From the IMG/VR virus record IMGVR_UViG_3300037067_027616, positions 384,001 through 448,000 of that record: a stretch of DNA of 64,000 bases; one strand, written 5' to 3'. Position numbers and translations under genes: made by a program. The notes below the pieces were generated by a model. The model made no database searches. It was not told the origin of the DNA and saw only the letters and a list, made by a program, of their open reading frames with translations. Source of the DNA: a virus (lineage: Duplodnaviria > Caudoviricetes). Below, one piece after another: positions 56,670-64,000 of this stretch; position 1 is the first letter of the stretch, and each line of letters begins with the position of its first letter.

Positions 56670-56992
56670 ACATGGTTAGAAAAAAGCTAATCCCGGGCCG
56701 TGATTATCTAAAGGAAAATTCAATCGTTACGGATAAGCCTTCTCTCAAGGTTCTTTTGTCTGGAAAATTGCAGAAGGTTACCATGGAGTTTCTCTTTGAT
56801 GATGGTTCGAAATTGGTGCGCACATTGGAAGGGCCGCAGGCAAACGCATGGAATATGAAAATCGAGGACGTTTGCGTCTTTGCACATGTACATGGTTCTA
56901 ACGCGAATTGGGATTTATTCCCGTGGGTCGAGAGGATAGTAAAAAAGGCCACCAAAAGTAAACGGGGGAAACATGGTAAAACCCCTTTATAA
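56666..56992 (+). CDS. Hypothetical protein
   Basis: ATGA overlap. Confidence 0.55.
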   Translation: MNMVRKKLIPGRDYLKENSIVTDKPSLKVLLSGKLQKVTMEFLFDDGSKLVRTLEGPQANAWNMKIEDVCVFAHVHGSNANWDLFPWVERIVKKATKSKRGKHGKTPL

Positions 56993-57200
56993 AAAAGGCC
57001 AAACGGTTAAGTTGCGTTGGACACGGGCCATTTCTTTACCTCTATCCGAGGAACATTTTGAACTTGCGGAGGGGGTCATAGGCACCGTGGAGTTGTCTTT
57101 AGGGGGATCTTATTTAGTAAAATTCCCTGTCACATCCGGATTATCGGTAACCTTGAAAATATCCGAGGTGGATTTGATGGATCCCGGGCAGGTTAAATAA
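56973..57200 (+). CDS. Small SH3/KOW-like hypothetical protein
   Basis: YKKGQTV...GTV...YLVKF. Confidence 0.5.
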   Translation: MVKPLYKKGQTVKLRWTRAISLPLSEEHFELAEGVIGTVELSLGGSYLVKFPVTSGLSVTLKISEVDLMDPGQVK

Positions 57201-57287
57201 GTATCTCAAAAAATAAAAACTGTCATTTTTAAAACGCCATATAGTAAATTTTGAAGGTGGCCAATAAACTAGTGCAAGGGGAAATAG

Positions 57288-57644
57288 ATGGCAAGAAAAC
57301 TGCCCGTGTTTGCAGCCACTGAAAGCGTCAACAGGAGGCCTGGCATGGAGAACGGAAGGCACCCCACGGGCAAAGGGTTCGTGTACATAAGGAACGGGAT
57401 GAAGCACCGGGAAAAAGGTCCTGCGGAGATAAACAATGATGGGTACCAAGCTTGGTACTCCCTTGGGTTGAAGCACCGGGTGGGGGGGCCTGCGGTCACC
57501 TATCCAGACGGCCGTATGGAGTGGTGGGAGAAGGGTAAGCTTTTAAAGGCCACTAACCAAACGATGCTCGCACCAGGTACGAAGGTGGACATGCGCGCGG
57601 TAAGGAAAGACAAAAAGCTTTCTAAAATCGTGAGAGGAAGGTAG
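57288..57644 (+). CDS. HRxxGPA-repeat protein
   Basis: KHREKGPA and KHRVGGPA repeats. Confidence 0.65.
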   Translation: MARKLPVFAATESVNRRPGMENGRHPTGKGFVYIRNGMKHREKGPAEINNDGYQAWYSLGLKHRVGGPAVTYPDGRMEWWEKGKLLKATNQTMLAPGTKVDMRAVRKDKKLSKIVRGR

Positions 57645-57650
57645 GTATCC

Positions 57651-58253
57651 ATGTTTGTTTGTTTTGAGGGACCGGACCGGTCGGGGAAGACAACACTTTC
57701 GGTGAAGTTCCAAATGTGGCTCAACGATGAGTACCGTGACAAGGACGGGTCTCTCCTTGCCGATCCTCACCTCGGTGACTTCATATGGACCAAGGAGCCG
57801 ACGTTCAGCAGTGAGGAAGCTGACATTTTGAACTCCGAGGAGTCCCCGTTGAATGAGTACCAAAGGGAGCGTGTATTCTTTGAGTCTAGGATGCGCCACC
57901 AAGAAACCTTGTCTTGCAACAACATCGTGTGTGACAGGTATGTGTGGTCTGGCATTGCCTACGCCAAGGTGTTTTCCCCGCACTGTTTCGAGTTAACCAA
58001 AGAACTGTACCTTTCCGAGAACCTTTTCGTTCTGCCCGATTTGTACGTGTTCGTGGACACACCTCCCGAGGTGTGCTATGACAGGGATCCAAGCCTTAAC
58101 CTCGACAGGCTGAAGACGATACGGGAAGCGTACCTTGCCACCCGGGAGTTCATAAAATCCCCGATCTTGACGGTGCAGGGCCTCGGAGGAGAGGAAAGAA
58201 CGTTGCAAAGGCTTGTCGCGTTGTTCAAGGATCTGGAGAATTGGAAAAGTTAA
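57651..58253 (+). CDS. tmk: Thymidylate (dTMP) kinase
   Basis: FEGPDRSGKTT, KEP, DRY, PDL. Confidence 0.9.
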   Translation: MFVCFEGPDRSGKTTLSVKFQMWLNDEYRDKDGSLLADPHLGDFIWTKEPTFSSEEADILNSEESPLNEYQRERVFFESRMRHQETLSCNNIVCDRYVWSGIAYAKVFSPHCFELTKELYLSENLFVLPDLYVFVDTPPEVCYDRDPSLNLDRLKTIREAYLATREFIKSPILTVQGLGGEERTLQRLVALFKDLENWKS

Positions 58254-60292
58254 TGAAGGTATTTGAGGTATCCAGCCAAGAGCGTGTATATTGTGAAGAC
58301 CGTTGTTCGGGGGTCGTTCCACTCACTAGCCATATTCTTTTCAAATTGCCATGCAACATGCCTGGTTTAGTGTCCTTGTTAAAACTTCGTGTAGCCGACA
58401 TGTATGGCATATGCGATGGAATAGTTTCCGTGTTGCTGACATCGGATCTCGGAACATCAAGGAAATACATTTTGGGAATAGTGCAGGACATTCTTCCAAA
58501 CAAAACTATAAAAATTTCTATAGATGGTGGGATCCCCGTCGATAAGTTTTTTACCGTTCAACTTCAAGCAGAATACAATGACAAAGGGGTGTTGTGTTTG
58601 TTGGCTGGACCGTCAGGGTGGTCTGGTATGGTATTAAGCGATGTTAGAGTCACATACGATTTGAAGAGCCTTCCCAACATAGCTGTAGTGATGCCTGTCC
58701 ACGGCGTGGATGAAGAAACATTTTGCAGTGCATTAGACTCCGTAGTTGCTCAATCGTATCCACATTGGGTGTTATGCGCTTTTATCAGTGATGACGAACC
58801 CTTGGGAATAAAAGAGGTGCTTGAAGAATTCGAGAAGGAAAACCCGGAAAAAACCCGTATAGCGAGAAGCACGAGCAATGTAGGCATATCGGCTTCAACA
58901 AATGCCGCAATTAGTGTGGCACCCAACGGAACAAAAATATACTCATTCTTCGATTGCGATGATGAATTGCATCCGGACGCGTTGATAAACGTTGCCAAAG
59001 TTTTCTCTGACAGGAACGATGTTTCTGTTGTCTACACGGATGAGGACAAGATAGAAAGTGATGGCAGGTTGGTAGAGGCACATTACAAACCAGGCTTTTC
59101 AAGGGAGATGCTACTCTCCCAAAACTATATGTGCCATCTCGTGTCGGTATCGGACAAGGTCATTGCAAAATGTGGTCAGGAGCCACTCGATGGAAGATAT
59201 GACGGTGCGCAAGATCACGAGTTCCTTCTCCGGTGTACCTTTGATCCAAACACGGTGGTAGTGCACATACCAAAAGTGTTGTACCATTGGAGGAAATCAG
59301 GGGGTTCATCCGCCAAGGACTCCTCCGCAAAACTATGGGCATTCGATGCCGGACTCAAAGCTGTAATGAGTCAATGTGATACCGGGGCATTGGTTTATCG
59401 TGGGCCGTATTTGGGAACATACCGAGTTCGAAAGCCTGTGGATGATTGGCCCGATGTGCATATCATCATCCCCACACACGACAATATAAAAATGTTTGGC
59501 TCGTGCTTGCAATCTCTGGGGGGCATAGAGTACCGTGGAAAATTGTTCGTGCACGTCCTAGCACACATGTGTTCTGACAGCACCTTTGATATTTTGATTG
59601 GAATGAAGGACAAAGAGTTGTTGAGTACCCTTCAGAGGTATGAAGGCGAATTCAATTGGTCTGCGATAAACAACTCTGCGGTGGACTCCGTATTCTATGC
59701 CAAAGAAGGTTGCCCGGAGTTGCACAAAAGCGCCGTAGTGTTCATGAACGATGACATTGAGGCGGTTGACCCTTATTGGTTGGACGAGATGATACGGGAA
59801 TTGTGGCAGCCGGGGGTGGGGATCGTAGGCGCCAAGTTGCTATACCCGGACATGCGGATACAGCATGCGGGCGTGGTCATAGGCATGGGAGGGATAGCAG
59901 GTCACGGACACAAACGCCTGGCTGATTCAAACTCTGGATACTTCTGCAGACACCACCTCGTGCAGCAAATGTCCGCCGTAACCGGCGCTTGTATGGCGGT
60001 GAAGGTGGAGGTATTCTTGGGTGTCGGCGGGTTCGAGGAGAAACTGCCGAAGGCCTTCAACGATGTGGACTTCTGCCTGCGAGTACGCGAAGCAGGCTAC
60101 AAGGTGGTATACACCCCGTGGGCTCGCCTCGTGCACCATGAGTCCTTTTCGAGGGGTGTTGACGCCGGCGATGACCCTGTGTTCCAGGCGGCCATAAAGT
60201 ACATGGAGGAGAAGTGGCACTGCCGCACGTATCAAGACCCTTTCTTCAACCCGAACCTTGACATCACGAGCGAAATATTTAGGGGGAAATAA
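58253..60292 (+). CDS. Two-domain GT2 glycosyltransferase with N-terminal extension
   Basis: VVMPV..DCDD..GAQD..YHWR and IIIPT..NDD..AVTGAC..NDVDFCL..HHES. Confidence 0.9.
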   Translation: MKVFEVSSQERVYCEDRCSGVVPLTSHILFKLPCNMPGLVSLLKLRVADMYGICDGIVSVLLTSDLGTSRKYILGIVQDILPNKTIKISIDGGIPVDKFFTVQLQAEYNDKGVLCLLAGPSGWSGMVLSDVRVTYDLKSLPNIAVVMPVHGVDEETFCSALDSVVAQSYPHWVLCAFISDDEPLGIKEVLEEFEKENPEKTRIARSTSNVGISASTNAAISVAPNGTKIYSFFDCDDELHPDALINVAKVFSDRNDVSVVYTDEDKIESDGRLVEAHYKPGFSREMLLSQNYMCHLVSVSDKVIAKCGQEPLDGRYDGAQDHEFLLRCTFDPNTVVVHIPKVLYHWRKSGGSSAKDSSAKLWAFDAGLKAVMSQCDTGALVYRGPYLGTYRVRKPVDDWPDVHIIIPTHDNIKMFGSCLQSLGGIEYRGKLFVHVLAHMCSDSTFDILIGMKDKELLSTLQRYEGEFNWSAINNSAVDSVFYAKEGCPELHKSAVVFMNDDIEAVDPYWLDEMIRELWQPGVGIVGAKLLYPDMRIQHAGVVIGMGGIAGHGHKRLADSNSGYFCRHHLVQQMSAVTGACMAVKVEVFLGVGGFEEKLPKAFNDVDFCLRVREAGYKVVYTPWARLVHHESFSRGVDAGDDPVFQAAIKYMEEKWHCRTYQDPFFNPNLDITSEIFRGK

Positions 60293-60756
60293 TGATAGTC
60301 GAAAACATATCCTTAAAACGTAAATTCTGCTTCAGAACATGGTTCAACAGGCTTAAGTATAAATTACAGCACCCATTGAAGACGATAAGGTGGGAGTTAC
60401 GTTCGGTATGGTTTGGGGTTCGCCGCTGGTGGAGTTTCATGCGGTACGGGATACGCGTAGGAGAAAACGGAAGTATGTTGCCGTGTTTGGGACGAGGGAA
60501 GTATGTGGACGTAGTTCGCCGGGGAGATTGTATCGAGATGTATGACCACAGCAACAAAGAAAACCCATTCACAATACGTCTCATACCATACCAACCTAAC
60601 CACGGTGTAATGGTAGAGTACATTAGCGCTGATGGCCAAATCGGATGGAGGTCACATTGCGATTCCCGAAAGTTTCTTGGGATGGGATTTGGGGTGCAGG
60701 AGACCAACACAGTCCTAAATGACGCTCCTAAAAACATAGAAGGAACCAACCTGTGA
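60292..60756 (+). CDS. Hypothetical protein
   Basis: TAATG overlap. Confidence 0.55.
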   Translation: MIVENISLKRKFCFRTWFNRLKYKLQHPLKTIRWELRSVWFGVRRWWSFMRYGIRVGENGSMLPCLGRGKYVDVVRRGDCIEMYDHSNKENPFTIRLIPYQPNHGVMVEYISADGQIGWRSHCDSRKFLGMGFGVQETNTVLNDAPKNIEGTNL

Positions 60757-61538
60757 GCGGACCTGTCATTGGCTTGTTCATACCCGTGTACCACCGTGAT
60801 GAAAAAGTAATCAATTGTTTCAACGCACTTAAAGATACTGTGATACCGGATGGCTGGCGAGTACATACTTTTGTGGGGTTCAACGGAGGATCCCCGGAAT
60901 TGAAGAATTACCTTGTATCTTGGGAGGGGAAATTACGGTTTTTTGATACTATCAATCCCGCTTTCTATCAAGTGTTAGATTACGGAGAAAACCTTGGAAA
61001 GCCTGCGATAGTCAATCGGATGGTCGATAGCATGGCCGATAGTGTCCCTTTCAACTATGTTTTGAGTTACGATTCAGATCTTGTTGCACAAGACCCGGAA
61101 TGGCTGTGGAAGTTCGTGGAGGCCTTTGAATTCTTTCCAAAATGGAAAGACCTCGGGGCATTATCGGCACAACAGACGGGTCACTGCTGTCATGTCTTGA
61201 AAAACTCAACAAGTTATTCCGGATCAAACTATTCCGAATCAAGGTATGCCGGGTATACCTATCAATCCGTGCCGCGCAATGAAGGTATCGCAGGCGGGGC
61301 CATTCTCACACCTTACCATGTGTGGCGCACCATCGGGGGGTATCTTGCTAATCGTATATATGGCGCCGATGACGCGCATTACGCGTTGGCGTTGCATCAA
61401 CATAACCTTTTGATGTGCGTGGTAGATCAAGTGTCCTTGTACCACCCCCCCGGGGACGACCCGGCCTACAGTGAATGGAAGCAGAAAGCCTGCAGGGACG
61501 GACTATCGGGGGACGAACTCAAAGGGTTTTACCATTGA
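60753..61538 (+). CDS. GT2-like glycosyltransferase
   Basis: IPVYHR, DSD, GG..YGADD. Confidence 0.8.
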   Translation: MSGPVIGLFIPVYHRDEKVINCFNALKDTVIPDGWRVHTFVGFNGGSPELKNYLVSWEGKLRFFDTINPAFYQVLDYGENLGKPAIVNRMVDSMADSVPFNYVLSYDSDLVAQDPEWLWKFVEAFEFFPKWKDLGALSAQQTGHCCHVLKNSTSYSGSNYSESRYAGYTYQSVPRNEGIAGGAILTPYHVWRTIGGYLANRIYGADDAHYALALHQHNLLMCVVDQVSLYHPPGDDPAYSEWKQKACRDGLSGDELKGFYH

Positions 61539-61550
61539 GGTAACCCCCAT

Positions 61551-62096
61551 ATGAATGACCTTATAAAAATCAGCAAATTCCTTTCTCTCGTGTTGAGGCA
61601 CAAGCCTGACGCCATACGTATAAAGCTCGATGGCGCAGGATGGGTGGATGTTGACACTCTGTTGGAGGCCTTGAAAATTTATGGTAAAGCCATAGACAAA
61701 GCCACGTTGGATGAGGTTGTCGCCACGAACAATAAAAAACGTTTTGAGTACAGTCCGGACGGATCCAAGATACGAGCTTGCCAAGGGCATTCGGTCAAGG
61801 ACGTGGACTTGGGCCTTGAGCCAAAAGCGCCCCCGGATATCCTGTACCACGGTACTGCTGATAGATTTGTTAACTCCATCATAAATGAAGGTATCAATCC
61901 TGGTAGCCGTCAGTACGTACACTTGTCCCTTGACACGGAAACGGCGGTCAAAGTGGGACAGCGGCACGGAAAACCCATCGTCTTGAAGGTGATATCCAAA
62001 GAAATGCACCAAGACGGACACGCGTTCTTTCTGTCCCACAACAACGTGTGGCTCACAAAGTTCGTCCCCCCAGAATATGTGAGTGTGTCCGCTTAA
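61551..62096 (+). CDS. kptA: RNA 2'-phosphotransferase (Tpt1/KptA)
   Basis: SKFLSLVLRH, KKRF, IRACQGHS, LYHGT, RQYVHLS. Confidence 0.95.
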   Translation: MNDLIKISKFLSLVLRHKPDAIRIKLDGAGWVDVDTLLEALKIYGKAIDKATLDEVVATNNKKRFEYSPDGSKIRACQGHSVKDVDLGLEPKAPPDILYHGTADRFVNSIINEGINPGSRQYVHLSLDTETAVKVGQRHGKPIVLKVISKEMHQDGHAFFLSHNNVWLTKFVPPEYVSVSA

Positions 62097-62153
62097 TATT
62101 CTCCTATTACGTCTGTCCTTCTGTAAGATGTGTCGCCTGTACAAGGTGGGCAG

Positions 62154-64000
62154 ATGTTATTCATTGGTTCACAAAGACTTATGGAGGTCGTTGGCAGATT
62201 CTTGAAGTCTGCCGGCGACCGTATTCATACAGAGGAGCCTTTTAAAACACGAGAGGCTATTCTCCGTAATTGGGAGTACACCGTCCCGGAAGATTTAAGC
62301 CAGCAGGTAATCGACTTCTACGCACTGTCATTGTTACACCCCAAGACTATCGAAGAATCAGGCGGCGAATCCTCTGAAGATGTGGCTGTGGCAATCGAGG
62401 ACGCCAAGAAAACAAGTGTGGATGCGATGTGGAGGTTGTGTTTTGAGGCCCTATACCGTGCATGTGCTTGTGAGATTTTTCATTTTCAGGCGTTCTATAA
62501 TGAGTACATTGAGAATAAATTCATTGATAGTGAACCGTCTTGGAAAAACGTGTTCTATGACCTTAAGAAAAATATGCAGAATACGTACGTCCGTAGTGAT
62601 TTACCTGGTTATGAGGAACGTTATGCTCTTCTCCGTGATAAAGAACCTGGGGTGTTTTTTGATTTTTGTTCTGTGGCCTTTGCACAAAGTGAAGTCTATT
62701 GGCATGCGTCCTATGGCGGTGCCGCTTGGAAAAATATAGCGTCTGCCGGGCGTATGCTCCTTGCGGCCTCATCGCAAGGTGACCGTATGGTGGCGGTCGA
62801 CCACGCGTTGGATCTTGAACACAACAATGGGTCTATTTTCACAAAGTGGAAAGGTAAAAAACTCCCCAAGGAAGTTTTGGATTGGAAGCGCGTAGCTAAA
62901 CCAGACGAGTATTTAAGTGCTGTGTCCCCGGGTTTGCAGGATGCCTTCGCCGCCGCTACAAGAAAACAGGAAGGGGTCGGCTCTCCAGGTTCTCAAGAAC
63001 GAAAAGATAATTTTTTCAAAGACCTTGAGGTACGTTTGGAGGAAGATCCTAACAAAACAAAAGTTGATAAAAAAACCATGGCTTTATTGGTAAAACACAT
63101 GGGAAATCGTTTTGGTGAGCTCCTAAAAAAGCAACCGAGAATTATAAATAAGTTGGATAAAAATCTAACGCTAGAGGTTTCGGGGAAATTTGCAGAAGAG
63201 TTGTGGGAAATTTCTTTGGCTAACCCAGAAAATAATAATCTTATGCTTCTCCTCCCGAAATTTAAAGAACAAAAATTCAAAGAGAATCCTGTCAAGGTTC
63301 TTTTAAATTATGAGGGTTCCTATTTTAACGATGCAGAGAAATCTATGTACCGCGATATTTTAGGTAGCGTGGAAAATATAGTGGAAGTCATTAAAAATTT
63401 GGACGATAAAGAGTCAAATTTTGTAGCAGATACCGTGACACGTATAAAACCTGGGTATATTTACAAAAAAGATTTACTTGAATATCTGTCCGAAGAGGGG
63501 CTCTTGTGGAATTTTAGACACAACGAGTACAACCTAATAGATGCCCTTTCAAATGCAAACGACTTCTCCCCGGAATTTAAGAAAAAGATATCGAACCTTC
63601 TTAACCACGATAAAACCGGCGCGGAAGTTTTTTCCATTTTGTATAGAGTTTCAAAGGTGCTGAATGGTTTTTTGAAAGAAGTACCGTGGATTAATAGTGT
63701 TATAAAAATATTGCTCACGGAAAAAGGCAGTAAATTTTTAAGAGAGTTACCGCCAAACTATGTAATTGAGTTGATGAAGCTCTCCAATGATATCACAAAA
63801 AAAGTTTTCAACGAATTTCCGACTGTTCTTTATGAGGTGTCAAGGTTTGATAGTGGTTTTAACAATATTGTTTTGCAAAATATAGATGTTGCCGTAAAAG
63901 GTTCTATAAAAGTGGAAGCTTATTGGGTCTTATTTAATAGCCCGGAAATAACTCAAGCCTCTGTTAAAAATTATCCGGGATATGTAATTGATGCTGTCGG
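62154..64000 (+). CDS. Large hypothetical protein, 3'-truncated (not in ORF track)
   Basis: Manual translation is open from ATG 62154 (AAGGTGG RBS) to the window end; motif W..SYGGAAW..VDHALDLEHNNGSIF. Confidence 0.75.
   Translation, partial: MLFIGSQRLMEVVGRFLKSAGDRIHTEEPFKTREAILRNWEYTVPEDLSQQVIDFYALSLLHPKTIEESGGESSEDVAVAIEDAKKTSVDAMWRLCFEALYRACACEIFHFQAFYNEYIENKFIDSEPSWKNVFYDLKKNMQNTYVRSDLPGYEERYALLRDKEPGVFFDFCSVAFAQSEVYWHASYGGAAWKNIASAGRMLLAASSQGDRMVAVDHALDLEHNNGSIFTKWKGKKLPKEVLDWKRVAKPDEYLSAVSPGLQDAFAAATRKQEGVGSPGSQERKDNFFKDLEVRLEEDPNKTKVDKKTMALLVKHMGNRFGELLKKQPRIINKLDKNLTLEVSGKFAEELWEISLANPENNNLMLLLPKFKEQKFKENPVKVLLNYEGSYFNDAEKSMYRDILGSVENIVEVIKNLDDKESNFVADTVTRIKPGYIYKKDLLEYLSEEGLLWNFRHNEYNLIDALSNANDFSPEFKKKISNLLNHDKTGAEVFSILYRVSKVLNGFLKEVPWINSVIKILLTEKGSKFLRELPPNYVIELMKLSNDITKKVFNEFPTVLYEVSRFDSGFNNIVLQNIDVAVKGSIKVEAYWVLFNSPEITQASVKNYPGYVIDAV

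Noticed and set aside
1-64000. Stop-codon reassignment (as in some large phages)
   Set aside because: Known enzymes are full length in the standard code, TAA, TAG and TGA all end genes at tight junctions, and no suppressor-anticodon tRNA was seen.

Overview
This 64-kb window is most consistent with part of a large (probably jumbo) dsDNA phage genome. It has densely packed, almost exclusively + strand, often ATGA/TAATG-coupled genes in the standard code. From left to right: (1) two probable virion genes; (2) a replication/transcription block (SNF2 helicase, degenerate DnaC-like loader, DnaB-like helicase, stand-alone CHC2 zinc finger, family A DNA polymerase, sigma-70-like factor, NAD-dependent DNA ligase, dCMP deaminase, ParB-like protein); (3) a fibre-like gene; (4) a long accessory region; (5) a methyltransferase/glycosyltransferase cluster. 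Four things stand out. First, a complete non-coding transcription unit at 27456-28112 contains four related stem-closed RNAs. They share an internal motif with covarying pairs, and two carry tRNA-like domains, so they resemble Y RNAs. Second, directly downstream lie a small ubiquitin-like candidate ending FG-TR, a Band-7 protein, a Ro60/TROVE-like VWA protein and a candidate E2, with a JAB peptidase and a ThiF/E1 enzyme further on. Third, seven translationally coupled small ORFs form a tandem array with a conserved MNQAIL leader and hypervariable (Ser-X)n bodies, right after an Rnl1-type RNA ligase. Fourth, there is a broad RNA-repair/translation-rescue toolkit (tmRNA, Rnl1, Tpt1/KptA, Thg1, phosphoesterases, MBL hydrolase). 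All family calls come from motif recognition by eye; no database searches or folding programs were run.
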